A stretch of DNA of 64,000 bases from an uncultured Thermoplasmatales archaeon (GTDB lineage: Archaea > Thermoplasmatota > E2 > UBA202 > DSCA01), in contig CAYPWJ010000001.1 in assembly GCA_964414415.1 (NCBI GenBank), positions 138,701 through 202,700 of the forward strand, written 5' to 3'. Within the stretch, counting starts at the first letter, position 1, and each line of letters begins with the position of its first letter. Positions 50,730 through 60,400 of the stretch are shown in pieces. The position numbers and the translations under genes are program-made. The notes beneath the pieces were generated by a model. It was not told the DNA's origin, did no database searches, and saw only the letters and a program-made list of their open reading frames with translations.

Positions 50730-51971
50730 ATGCGAGTCTCCGTCGAGGCATACGGCTGCGCCGCAAACCAAGGCGATGCTGCCATCGCCCGTGGCATCCT
50801 GGAGGAGCAGGGCCACGAGATCGTCGAGGACGCAGCAGCTTCGGACGTCGTGGTGGTGTTCACCTGCTGCGTCATCCAGCGGACGGAGCAGCGCATGCTC
50901 AGCCGCCTCCGTGAGCTGTCGAATCAGGACGTCGAAATCGTCGTCGCTGGCTGCATGTCCGCTGTCTACCGGGACCAAATCACCGCGGTGGCACCGCATG
51001 CGACCCTGATGGGACCGCGCGAGGTGCACCGCATCGGCGTGGCGCTCGATGGCGTCGCCATGTCGGGGGACAAGGCCAGGCTGCCCCGCCGTGTCGGTCT
51101 CCGTCTGGATATTCCCATCGCCGACGGCTGCCGGTACAGTTGCTCCTACTGTGTCACCCGCCTGGCCCGCGGCCGACTGACCTCCTATGACGAGGATGCG
51201 CTGGTCGCGACGGCCCGTCGGACGCTGCAGCAGGGCTGCCGGGAGCTCAGGTTGACCTGCCAGGACACCGCTGCCTACGGGATGGACACCGGCGGGTCGC
51301 TGCGGTCTCTGGTCCGTCGTGTCGCCTCGCTGCCCGGCGATTTCCGCATCCGCGTCGGCATGATGCATCCCCTGTCGGTGATGCAGCGACCCGGTGTTCT
51401 CGACGTATTTGAGCACGAGCCGGTATATGATTTTCTGCATCTGCCGCTGCAGTCCGGCAGTTCGGAGGTGCTGCGGCGGATGCGACGCGGCTATGATACC
51501 TGGGATGTCCTCGACATCGTCGCCCGGGCGCGGAAACGCTATCCCGGTATCTCGATTTCCACCGACGTCATCGTTGCCTTCCCCGGCGAGACGGAGCAGG
51601 ACTTCGAGGAGACATGTGCCGCGCTGCAGCAGCTGCAACCGGATGTGGTCAACGTCACCCGGTTCTCCGCCCGTCCTGGCACTCCTGCCGCGGACATGGA
51701 GCATCCCAGCACGGCGCTGGCGAAGGAGCGATCCCGTCATTTGTCGACGCTGGCCCGGAAGGTCATGCGGGAGCGTATGGAGCAACAGGTTGGGTCGACG
51801 TGTACGGCGTTGCTGCTGGAGCAGCGGGATGACGGCGTTGCTGCCAAGACCGATGGCTATCGCTCGGTGTATCTATCCTCCGGTACGGTTGGGACGCTGC
51901 AGCGTGTCCGCATCACCGGTGTCGAGGGCAATCACCTGTGTGGTGACGTCGACCCAAAAGAACATATATAA
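50730..51971 (+). CDS. tRNA t6A37 methylthiotransferase (archaeal MtaB/CDKAL1-like)
   Basis: YGCAAN, TC.V, AGC, GCRYSCSYC, HLPLQSGS, TD.IV.FPGET, TRAM tail. Confidence 0.9.
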   Translation: MRVSVEAYGCAANQGDAAIARGILEEQGHEIVEDAAASDVVVVFTCCVIQRTEQRMLSRLRELSNQDVEIVVAGCMSAVYRDQITAVAPHATLMGPREVHRIGVALDGVAMSGDKARLPRRVGLRLDIPIADGCRYSCSYCVTRLARGRLTSYDEDALVATARRTLQQGCRELRLTCQDTAAYGMDTGGSLRSLVRRVASLPGDFRIRVGMMHPLSVMQRPGVLDVFEHEPVYDFLHLPLQSGSSEVLRRMRRGYDTWDVLDIVARARKRYPGISISTDVIVAFPGETEQDFEETCAALQQLQPDVVNVTRFSARPGTPAADMEHPSTALAKERSRHLSTLARKVMRERMEQQVGSTCTALLLEQRDDGVAAKTDGYRSVYLSSGTVGTLQRVRITGVEGNHLCGDVDPKEHI

Positions 51972-51992
51972 AGCCGGTGTATTACGCTTTTG

Positions 51993-52580
51993 ATGATAAA
52001 AGAAGGAAGTCTGGTGCTGCCCGGCGACAGGATAGCTGCTGCCGAGGAAATCCTTCCCGGCTACGGCACCGCGGAAATAGACGGCGATATCAGAGGCACC
52101 CTGCTTGGAACCGTTGTAGTCGACAAGAAAAGTGCCTCTGCCGAGGTACACCCGCTCACCAGCACGCCGCTGGTGGTCAAGGAAGGCATGACGGTCATCG
52201 CGGAGGTCAAACACGTCATGGACAAGATGGTGCTCGTCGACATACTGCGCGTGGTGGGCGTCGACCGGGACCTCGTCAGCGGCGGTGATGGCGCCATCCA
52301 TATATCTGCCATCTCGAATGAATACGTGGTAAACGCCAAGGATGCATTCCGCATCGGCGACATCATCCGGGCGAAGGTGACCGAGCCGGAGCCCTCGCTG
52401 CGCATGTCCACCAAGGGAAAGGACTACGGCTCGCTCAGGTCATACTGCGTCGAATGCCGGCATCCGCTGGAAAAGACGAAGGGCAAGGAGGGCATTGTGC
52501 TCGAATGCCCCCGCTGCGGCCACGTCGAGGACCGGAAGATGGCGGCCGACTACGGCGAAGGCAACATCGACCGGCGGTGA
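51993..52580 (+). CDS. csl4: Exosome RNA-binding subunit Csl4
   Basis: VLPGD.I...EE..PG.G, IHIS.I, F.IGDIIRAKV, C..C...CPRCG..E.RK. Confidence 0.93.
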   Translation: MIKEGSLVLPGDRIAAAEEILPGYGTAEIDGDIRGTLLGTVVVDKKSASAEVHPLTSTPLVVKEGMTVIAEVKHVMDKMVLVDILRVVGVDRDLVSGGDGAIHISAISNEYVVNAKDAFRIGDIIRAKVTEPEPSLRMSTKGKDYGSLRSYCVECRHPLEKTKGKEGIVLECPRCGHVEDRKMAADYGEGNIDRR

Positions 52581-52581
52581 T

Positions 52582-52848
52582 ATGATGGAAGTGAACGTCA
52601 TCGAGGAAACAGACGACGAGCTCGTCTTCGAGGTCATCGCTGAAAAAACGATTCTCAACCCGCTGAAGGAACGGCTGCTCGACGATGAGCAGGTCGACTA
52701 CGCCGGCTGGAACGTTGAACATCCCATGCTGTCAAATCCCCGGTTTACCCTCCGCGTCCACGAGGGCGACCCCCGCGACATCGTCACCGCAGCCATCAAA
52801 GACCTGCAGGACGACATCGCGGATCTGAAGGACCAGCTCGAGGAATAA
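52582..52848 (+). CDS. rpoL: RNA polymerase subunit Rpo11 (RpoL)
   Basis: T..N.L...LL.D..V.YA...EHP motif; follows csl4. Confidence 0.9.
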   Translation: MMEVNVIEETDDELVFEVIAEKTILNPLKERLLDDEQVDYAGWNVEHPMLSNPRFTLRVHEGDPRDIVTAAIKDLQDDIADLKDQLEE

Positions 52849-52849
52849 C

Positions 52850-54133
52850 GTGACATCCCGTCCGCCTGTAGAGGAGCAGGCCGTCGGGATGAAGATTTTT
52901 TTGACCGACGAGGCAGGCATCGGCGGGCGCATAAAAACACGGCCGGATGATTTCGTCGTCGAGGAGCATCCACAGCTTCCCCCGCCCGGAAACGGCAAGC
53001 AGGTGATTGTCCGGGTGACGGCGACGCGGTGGGAGACAAACGACCTGGTAGAGCAGATCGCCTCTCGTCTCGGTATCCCCGCGGCACACATCGGCTTCGC
53101 CGGCATGAAGGACAAGCAGGCGGTGACCACGCAGTACATGTCCATCCCTGCATCGATGCAGCGAGTCAGGTCGCTGGAGCTCCCGCGCGCCGCCATCGAG
53201 GTGCTCTACCGCGCAGCGAAGCCGGTCTACCGCGGCCAGCTCGCCGGCAACTATTTCCATGTCGCCATCCGAGGTATCGCGGGCACCGAACGACAGGCTG
53301 CAGCCATCCGGCAGCAGGTGCTCACGACAGGGGGATTCCCCAACTTCTTCGGCGTTCAGCGTTTCGGCATCGTCCGGCCCGTCACGCATGTGGTCGGGAG
53401 ACACATCGTGGCCGGTGACTTCGAGCGGGCGGTGATGACCTACGCGGCCAACCCGATGCCCAGCGAAGGCGAGGCATGCCGTGCGGCACGGCAGTGGCTC
53501 GAGGACACCCGGGATTTCGACGGCGCGATGAAACGATATCCGTCCCGGCTGAATTATGAGCGGCGGCTTATCGAGCATCTGGCGCGGCAGCCCGGCGACT
53601 GGATCGGCGCTCTGCAGCAGCTGCCCGACGGGCTCCTCCGGCTGTTCGTCCACGCCTATCAATCGGTGCTCTTCAACCGCATAGTGTCGGAGCGCCTCCG
53701 CCGCGGGATACCCGTCAACGAGGCGGTTCCCGGCGACGTGGTGCTCCCGATGGGCCGGGGAGCGATGCAACAGGAGAGCGGTATCCCCGTCAGCGAGCGG
53801 AACCTGGACAAGATAAACCGGCAGATCGCAAAGCATCGATGTCTTCCGTCAGCCGTGCTCATCGGAACCGACGTGTCGCTCGCCACAGGCATCATGGGCG
53901 ATGTGGAGCGAGCGGTGCTCGACGATGAGCGCGTCTCACCCGGTGATTTCACCATCGCAGCGATGCCGTCGCTTTCCTCGCGGGGGCTCCGCCGCGCCGT
54001 CCTGGCGCCGCTGGGCGACCTCCGGATGGAAATGAACGACGACGTTGCAATGCTGTCGTTTTCGCTGCCGAAAGGCTGCTACGCGACCTGTCTGCTCCGG
54101 GAGTTCATGAAGGCACCCATCCAAAATTATTAA
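52850..54133 (+). CDS. truD: tRNA pseudouridine13 synthase TruD
   Basis: GG.IK..P.DFVVEE, FAG.KDK.AVT.Q, GFPNFFG.QRFG, HAYQS.LFN, F.LPKG.YAT.LLRE. Confidence 0.95.
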   Translation: MTSRPPVEEQAVGMKIFLTDEAGIGGRIKTRPDDFVVEEHPQLPPPGNGKQVIVRVTATRWETNDLVEQIASRLGIPAAHIGFAGMKDKQAVTTQYMSIPASMQRVRSLELPRAAIEVLYRAAKPVYRGQLAGNYFHVAIRGIAGTERQAAAIRQQVLTTGGFPNFFGVQRFGIVRPVTHVVGRHIVAGDFERAVMTYAANPMPSEGEACRAARQWLEDTRDFDGAMKRYPSRLNYERRLIEHLARQPGDWIGALQQLPDGLLRLFVHAYQSVLFNRIVSERLRRGIPVNEAVPGDVVLPMGRGAMQQESGIPVSERNLDKINRQIAKHRCLPSAVLIGTDVSLATGIMGDVERAVLDDERVSPGDFTIAAMPSLSSRGLRRAVLAPLGDLRMEMNDDVAMLSFSLPKGCYATCLLREFMKAPIQNY

Positions 54134-54165
54134 TGCAGGGGCGGCATATCCACACAGGTGACAAT

Positions 54166-54504
54166 ATGGGTGAAATGCTCAAAAGCATAGAAAAAGTGCA
54201 GGCCATGATGAAGGAACTCTCACGGAGCAACAAGGATACGATGCGCCATTTCCAGCAATTCATGGGAAACGTGCTGGAGGCCGGCGCGCTGGACACCAAG
54301 ACCAAGGAACTCATCGCCTTGGGAACGGCTATCACCGCCAGGTGCAAGTACTGCATTGCCATCCACGTGAAGAAGTGCCTTGAGGCCGGCGCAGACCGGG
54401 AGGAAATCCTCGAGGCAGCGACCGTCTCGATTTTGATGGGCGGCGGTCCGGCGATGACCTACGTGGCGGAAGTCAAGGATGCGCTGGAGGAGATCGAGGA
54501 ATAA
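54166..54504 (+). CDS. Carboxymuconolactone decarboxylase/AhpD family protein
   Basis: LD.KTKELIALG.A...RCKYCI..H, MGGGP. Confidence 0.9.
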   Translation: MGEMLKSIEKVQAMMKELSRSNKDTMRHFQQFMGNVLEAGALDTKTKELIALGTAITARCKYCIAIHVKKCLEAGADREEILEAATVSILMGGGPAMTYVAEVKDALEEIEE

Positions 54505-54630
54505 CTTTTCCCCTCTTTTTCTTTTTGCTCAGCCGGGTCTCGTGCCCGGGTATCGTGCAGGTGATCCATGCTGTCACGCTGCGTCGACGCCTCCTCAATG
54601 TTTAAAAAGTGATGGTTCTTCTTAACAGCG

Positions 54631-54933
54631 ATGGAACGGATACAGCTGGTCATGATACTGCTCAACGTTGCAGTGCTCGCGTTCGCTGTCCTCTCGCTGT
54701 ATTACTTCGTCCGGCTGATGCGCGTCATCAAGATACGGCGCGGAACCATCCTGGCGGGCAGCGCCGTGTTTTTGTTTGTCGGCTACGTGTTCTTCATTCT
54801 CCCCTGGGTCACCATCGGGCGGAGCGTCCCCTTGATGGAGCAGCTCTCCTACGGCCTCATTTTGGTTGCGCTCGTCATCCTGCTCTACGGCGTGATGCGT
54901 ATATACCGTGACTGGCGCGAGGTCATAACATGA
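54631..54933 (+). CDS. Small 3-TM membrane protein coupled to the histidine kinase
   Basis: Three hydrophobic helices; ATGA overlap with the kinase start. Confidence 0.75.
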   Translation: MERIQLVMILLNVAVLAFAVLSLYYFVRLMRVIKIRRGTILAGSAVFLFVGYVFFILPWVTIGRSVPLMEQLSYGLILVALVILLYGVMRIYRDWREVIT

Positions 54934-56720
54934 TGCTGCAGCAGCTGATCTCGCTGCTCAACCTGGGGTTTTCCATCGCTATCGTCGGTGTCATGGCGAG
55001 CGTCTATCTGCTATACCGCCGGCAGTACATCCTGTGGTTTACTCTCTCATTTGCCGTGGTTCCCTTCATGTTTATATACAGCCTGGTCTGGCCGCTGCCT
55101 GGGACCACGGAGATGGGCATCGTCGTGTTTCCCATCTGCGTCGTCGTCATCGAGGTCGGGTTCATCCTGGCGCAGAAGAATCTGCTGACGTCGATACGCG
55201 GCGGAGCAGGCGAGGAACACCAGATGCTGCTGCGGGACGACGTGGCGCTGCTGCGCAGCTATGAGCAGGTCGCAAACGTGTTCATCCGGAAGATTACGCC
55301 GCTCATCGGCACTGCCAGCATCGAAGAGCTGCTGGAGAGCCGCATTGACGAGCATCCCGTGCTTGCCGGCAGCTACATCGACGTTGATGAACAGTTGAGC
55401 ATCACCGCCCTCGAGGAGGCCATCGACAAGCTCGACATGGACGACCTCGGGCTTGCCTTCTATGACCTCATCGCCGGGCTCATCGACCTCTATTCCGCCT
55501 TTGTGCCGTGGAAGCAGGCCATCGACGAGTGGCGGAAGGCCGTCGCCGAGGCCATCCGGCAGAACGAGAGCCTGTTTGAATGGGCGCTCCCCATCGTCCT
55601 CTTCCGCCTTGTCCTCGAACCGGTGCTGCGACGCTGCCGCTCCGACGACATCAACGAGATCGCGATCATGCTCAACCGGAGCAAGAGCGGCATCGAGATA
55701 CAGCCGAGCGGACAGATCGACATTCGGCAGCTGTATCGGCGGCAGGCCGACGCCGACGACCCGGTCCAGTTTGGTATTGAACGGTTTCTCCACGCGCTCG
55801 ACCGGATGTATCTCATCCTGAAGCAGAGCATGGGGCCCGAGAAGGCAAATGCGATGATAACTGAGCATTTCCGGGCGATGCCCACCAACATCAAGGAGCG
55901 CCTATACGGCGAGGGGTTGGTCGAGCAGCTGCCTGAGGGCGTCCTCGAGGAGGAAAAAGTGACGCTGCTGAGCCGGGAGCGTCTCATCGAGGAGCTGCTG
56001 AACCGGCGGAAAAAGCTGGAGAAAGCATATCGGGAGCTCGCCGAGGCGGAACTCGGTAAGATGAAGACCACGTTTCTCGACGTCATCGCCCACGAGCTTC
56101 GCACCCCGCTGACCTCAATCAAGACCTACGTCGATCTCCTCAGGCAGGAAAAACTGGGCGAGCTATCGGAGATGCAGGAGGAAAAACTGGACATCATGGC
56201 GCAGAACGTGGATCGCCTGACCGCGCTCATCAATGACATGCTGGAGATTCCGTCTATCGACGTCCGTGAACTCGAGCTACGCAAAGAGACCTTTCTCGCT
56301 CGCGCGATGATAGCCGAGGTCGTACGGGACTGCCGGGGGATAGCGGATGAAAAAGGGCAGTCCATCAGCGTCGAGGTGCCGGAGCAGCTGGCGCTGCAGG
56401 GCGACAAAAACCTGCTTGGCAAGGCCGTCAAAAACATCCTGGTCAACGCCATCCGATACACGCCGGAAGGCGGCGATATAACGATAGCCGGTCGATTCGA
56501 AGGCGAGCAGGCGCATCTCATGGTCGCTGACACCGGCCCCGGTATCCCGGAGGACGACATCGACCGAATCTTTGATCCCTTCTACACCGGCGGTAAAGAC
56601 GGTGGCATGGGCCTCGGTCTCTCGATCGTCAAAAACATCGTCGAGGCGCACGGGGGAGATGTATGGGTGGAAAGCGAGCCAGGCGAGGGAACCGTCTTCC
56701 ATATCCGGATCGCCGGGTGA
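54930..56720 (+). CDS. Membrane sensor histidine kinase (HisKA + HATPase_c)
   Basis: H-box AHELRTPLTSI, N-box NILVNAIRY, DTGPGI, FDPFYT, GMGLGLSI. Confidence 0.95.
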   Translation: MMLQQLISLLNLGFSIAIVGVMASVYLLYRRQYILWFTLSFAVVPFMFIYSLVWPLPGTTEMGIVVFPICVVVIEVGFILAQKNLLTSIRGGAGEEHQMLLRDDVALLRSYEQVANVFIRKITPLIGTASIEELLESRIDEHPVLAGSYIDVDEQLSITALEEAIDKLDMDDLGLAFYDLIAGLIDLYSAFVPWKQAIDEWRKAVAEAIRQNESLFEWALPIVLFRLVLEPVLRRCRSDDINEIAIMLNRSKSGIEIQPSGQIDIRQLYRRQADADDPVQFGIERFLHALDRMYLILKQSMGPEKANAMITEHFRAMPTNIKERLYGEGLVEQLPEGVLEEEKVTLLSRERLIEELLNRRKKLEKAYRELAEAELGKMKTTFLDVIAHELRTPLTSIKTYVDLLRQEKLGELSEMQEEKLDIMAQNVDRLTALINDMLEIPSIDVRELELRKETFLARAMIAEVVRDCRGIADEKGQSISVEVPEQLALQGDKNLLGKAVKNILVNAIRYTPEGGDITIAGRFEGEQAHLMVADTGPGIPEDDIDRIFDPFYTGGKDGGMGLGLSIVKNIVEAHGGDVWVESEPGEGTVFHIRIAG

Positions 56721-56829
56721 ATGCAGCGGCCCCATGCTGCTCCGGCCTGATTGCAGCGTCGGCGTATCGTAAACTCCAAATAACCGCCCGCTTTTCTATC
56801 ACAATGCCAGTGCGGGAGGAACAGACACC

Positions 56830-57912
56830 ATGAACGACACGGCCAACGTCGTCTCGGAGCAGCTCACACGTATCATGTTCGTCGATGACGACCCGTCGAT
56901 TCTCGATGCCGCCAAGACAGCCATCGAGTCCTACGGCTACCAGGTGATAACCGCCGAGTCGGGCGAAGAATGTCTGGAGCGGCTCGACGAGGCGGACCTC
57001 GTCTTTCTCGACATAAAAATGCCCGGGATGGATGGCATCGAGACGCTCAAAGAGATAAAGCAGCGTGACCCGTCCATTCCCGTCATCATGATAACGGCGT
57101 ATGCGACGGTTGACAGCGCCATCGAAGCGATGAAGGAGGGTGCCTTCGACTACATCCGGAAGCCGTTCGACATGGACGAACTCGAGGGCAGCATCCTTGC
57201 CGCTATCGAGGAGATAAAGTTCGAGCGGCTGAAACAGGTGGGGCAGGAAAGCGGAGACTACCTTGAAAAATTCCGGGATCTCGCCGCGGAGGCACCCGGT
57301 GTCTACATCGGCACCGGTATCGAGCGAGTCAAGAACATGGACGTAGCGGCAATCCCGCTGGTATCCGACTGGCAGCCACGGGACCTGCAGGCGGTGCAGG
57401 ACGACGTCGAGGAGGCGCTCGACGACGAAGTGGTCCTTGCGCTGACCGACGTCGCGTATCTCCTGGAGGAACACCGCTTTGGTGACGTACGCGATTTTCT
57501 CCGGTGGCTGTACCGGCAGGCGTCGATGCACCGCGGCCGCCTCATCCTGTCGACTGATTTCAGCCAGGTTGACGACAAGCTGGCGGACGACATCAGGGAT
57601 GTCATCGCTGACATCCGGCTGAGTCTCTTCTCGGATTCTATCTCGAATTATCTGCGGCGGCGGGTCATCCAGGCGCTGTCCGACGGCGACACCTACAGCT
57701 TTACCACCATCGCGCAGCTGCTGGACATCAAGGACAATCCGAAGCTCAGCTTTCACCTCAAGAAACTGAAGGACGACGGTGTCATCAAGCAGGACGAGGA
57801 CAAGCGCTACTATCTGTCGTCGATGGGCATGGACATCGCCGAGGTCCTGAAGGGCATCCGGGAGCGACAGGTCAGCGACCAGACCGACTTCCTGTGGATG
57901 CCCCGGGAGTAG
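56830..57912 (+). CDS. Response regulator: REC + DUF835-like middle + C-terminal winged HTH
   Basis: FVDDD, LDIKMPGMDG, ITAYA, KPF; C-terminal RRR.I..L...SFT.I...L.I.D..KLSFHLKKL. Confidence 0.9.
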   Translation: MNDTANVVSEQLTRIMFVDDDPSILDAAKTAIESYGYQVITAESGEECLERLDEADLVFLDIKMPGMDGIETLKEIKQRDPSIPVIMITAYATVDSAIEAMKEGAFDYIRKPFDMDELEGSILAAIEEIKFERLKQVGQESGDYLEKFRDLAAEAPGVYIGTGIERVKNMDVAAIPLVSDWQPRDLQAVQDDVEEALDDEVVLALTDVAYLLEEHRFGDVRDFLRWLYRQASMHRGRLILSTDFSQVDDKLADDIRDVIADIRLSLFSDSISNYLRRRVIQALSDGDTYSFTTIAQLLDIKDNPKLSFHLKKLKDDGVIKQDEDKRYYLSSMGMDIAEVLKGIRERQVSDQTDFLWMPRE

Positions 57913-57932
57913 CTAAATCGGGCTTTAACGGT

Positions 57933-57950
57933 GTTCAACCATGGTTTAAC
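57933..57950. promoter_or_regulatory. Near-perfect 18-bp palindrome GTTCAACCATGGTTTAAC upstream of the luxE-like TATA box
   Basis: One mismatched pair; ends 6 nt before TTTTAAG (57957-57963), which lies 22 nt before ATG 57986. Confidence 0.55.
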
Positions 57951-57985
57951 GAACGATTTTAAGTCCCGTGTCATTGTTTGTGGCC

Positions 57986-59350
57986 ATGCAAGTGATACCT
58001 GAAACCACTGGGCGGCTGTCGAACAACCTGACAGACCGGTTTTTGGTCCCCCGCGAGCGATGGATGACCATCGACTCTATGATTTACGGCATGGACAATT
58101 ACTTTGATTACGATGCGGGGAGCGCCAGAGAGAAACGCACGACGGCTATCCGTGAGGCCTTCGAACATCATTATTCTAACAACCTGTTTTATCATCGGTA
58201 CTGCAGGGACAACGACGTCCGGCCAGATGACATCAAAACGGAGGACGATCTCACCGCTATTCCCATGGTTCCGGACAATTTTTTCAAGGATTACCCGGAG
58301 GAGAACCCGAAGAGCGTCTATGAATGGCTGTACCGTGTATCGTCGGTCAACGTAGGAGACTACGATTTTTCCGGCAGCGGCCTGCAGGATTTTCTCCGCT
58401 GGGCGGAACATCGCCTGCGGGGCATCGTGACACATTCCTCGGGCACCACGGGCAACTTCAGCATAATGTTCCGGGATCAGTTGACCACGCAACGGTTGTT
58501 CTATGCATTCGACAAGACGCTCCTCTTCTCCATCGTGCATCCCGATGACGATGCACAGTTCGTATACCCGGGTCCGATCAAAACATATCTCACCATGGGG
58601 CACTGGATATCGGAGGGCAGCCAGGTGTTCGACGACAGCCAGCGTCATTTCCTCACGGATCGGGAGCTGACCATGGACATCGTCCGGCTTATGTCCGGCC
58701 AGATACGCGGCCTCAAGGACAAGCTGAAGCTGAAGCTGCTGCAGCGGGCCATGAAAAAAGGGCAGCAGAAGCTGATACAGCTGCTGGAGAAAATGGACAA
58801 AGCGGACAAGCAGGTAATCATCATCACGTTTCCCTTCCAGCTCTACGACCTCATGGAGCTCATGCGGGAGGAGGGCGTCAGCCTCTCGCTGGGCGATCAG
58901 AACAGCATCGTCATCACCGGCGGTGGATGGAAGATCCACCAGGGAAAGAAAGTCTCACCGCAGACATTCGCTGGCATGATAGAGGAAACACTGGGTATCC
59001 CCCCGGAGCATTACAAGGACATATACGGCATGTCTGAGATGAACGCCCTGGGCATGGACTGCGAGGGACGATACAAGCACCTGCATCCCTGGCTCTATCC
59101 AATGATCCTCGACGAAGACAACCAGCCAAAGGGCTACGACCAGACGGGCCGCTTCGCGTTTCTGGATCCTGTCTCCCACAGCTATCCAGGGTTCATCATC
59201 ACCGGCGACCGGGTGAAGCTCTATGAACGCTGTCCCGCCTGCGGCCGGCCGGGCGTAGTGATGGATTCAGATATCAGTCGGATGTCCGGCGCCGAGGCGA
59301 AGGGATGCGGCAACCTGATGCGGGATTTGATTGCCGAGGAGCTGCGGTGA
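57986..59350 (+). CDS. LuxE-family acyl-protein synthetase
   Basis: HSSGTTG, TGGGWK, D.YGMSE, SYPGFIITGD, R..GAEAKGC (C-terminal acylation Cys). Confidence 0.85.
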   Translation: MQVIPETTGRLSNNLTDRFLVPRERWMTIDSMIYGMDNYFDYDAGSAREKRTTAIREAFEHHYSNNLFYHRYCRDNDVRPDDIKTEDDLTAIPMVPDNFFKDYPEENPKSVYEWLYRVSSVNVGDYDFSGSGLQDFLRWAEHRLRGIVTHSSGTTGNFSIMFRDQLTTQRLFYAFDKTLLFSIVHPDDDAQFVYPGPIKTYLTMGHWISEGSQVFDDSQRHFLTDRELTMDIVRLMSGQIRGLKDKLKLKLLQRAMKKGQQKLIQLLEKMDKADKQVIIITFPFQLYDLMELMREEGVSLSLGDQNSIVITGGGWKIHQGKKVSPQTFAGMIEETLGIPPEHYKDIYGMSEMNALGMDCEGRYKHLHPWLYPMILDEDNQPKGYDQTGRFAFLDPVSHSYPGFIITGDRVKLYERCPACGRPGVVMDSDISRMSGAEAKGCGNLMRDLIAEELR

Positions 59351-59354
59351 TACC

Positions 59355-60380
59355 ATGCTCGGGAGACTGAAGGAAGAGATGGACAAGGGGCTGTTTATTC
59401 CGCTGCCGATGCTGAGAAACCTCCTAGGCGCCGTCGGTCCACTTGCGTTTGTTCTGGCCAAGCATCCACGGGCTACCCTGGCAAATGTTCCAGTGTGGAT
59501 GAAGCGCCTTCGCCGATCACAGCCACCGTGGGCGCATCTGGACGACGAGGATACATATGACGCGCGGCAGCTGCTGTCATCAGAGGACTACGAGCGTATG
59601 CCGTCCGTCCGGACAGAGAAGTATCTGCGGCCGACACGGCTCTGCGAGAGCGATGCGCCGGAGATACGGGCGATGGCCGGGAAGCTCGGCGCAGGTGAAA
59701 AAAGCGACCTGAAGTATAGCCGGGCTGTATACGAGTTCGTGAAAAATGAGAAAAAGCTGGTGTTCAAGCCGATGCGCGGCGCCCTAGGCACCTTCTGCAG
59801 CAAGGGAGGCGTCTGTCTCGACCAGCTCTCTCTCATGACCGCGCTTTTACGGGCTGGGGGTGTATCCGCTCGGTATCGCCTGTATGCGCTCTCTCCGACT
59901 GAGCAGTTTTACGATACGGTCATCAAGGATGATCCGCTGCTCCGTGAGACGCTCGAGATGCTGGGTTTCCTTGACTCCCTCCATGGAGAGACGGAGGCGC
60001 TGGTGGACGGAAAATGGATTGCGCTGGACGCAACGTTTTCCGACGAGCTTGAGGCGGGGATGGGGCTACCCATTACATCGTTCGGCGAGGAACCCATGTG
60101 GCGGGATCGGGTCCTGACCACGGACATCAGATTTGAGGGATTCCCGATATTGTTCAGACATCTGCTTGTTCCGATCCTGTTTGCACTGCGGAGCACCGTC
60201 GACGTGGTGAACACGAAGCTCGATATGCTGCGGGCGCAGGGGATGGAGACCATCGACCGGCTGGGCCGGGATGGGTACAACGAGCAACAGTCCGGCACCC
60301 AGATTGAGCTGCCGTCGATGGAGGAAGCCGAGGCGTTCAGGAACGGAGGGAAAATGACGGTTGACGCCGAAGCCGTGTAA
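59355..60380 (+). CDS. Transglutaminase-like (Cys-His-Asp) protein, paralog 2
   Basis: YLRPT, GVCLD...ALLRAGG..ARY, LHGETE.LVDG.W..LDAT; 4 nt after the luxE-like stop. Confidence 0.85.
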   Translation: MLGRLKEEMDKGLFIPLPMLRNLLGAVGPLAFVLAKHPRATLANVPVWMKRLRRSQPPWAHLDDEDTYDARQLLSSEDYERMPSVRTEKYLRPTRLCESDAPEIRAMAGKLGAGEKSDLKYSRAVYEFVKNEKKLVFKPMRGALGTFCSKGGVCLDQLSLMTALLRAGGVSARYRLYALSPTEQFYDTVIKDDPLLRETLEMLGFLDSLHGETEALVDGKWIALDATFSDELEAGMGLPITSFGEEPMWRDRVLTTDIRFEGFPILFRHLLVPILFALRSTVDVVNTKLDMLRAQGMETIDRLGRDGYNEQQSGTQIELPSMEEAEAFRNGGKMTVDAEAV

Positions 60381-60400
60381 GCCGCGGGGTGCTGCCTCCT

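Noticed and set aside
50643..51785. Apparent 796-aa fusion upstream of the LeuC-like gene
   Set aside because: Antisense shadow of the methylthiotransferase; real start is MGKTILEK at 50642
57986..59350. Bioluminescence (lux) operon
   Set aside because: No luxA/B luciferase, luxC or luxD in the window
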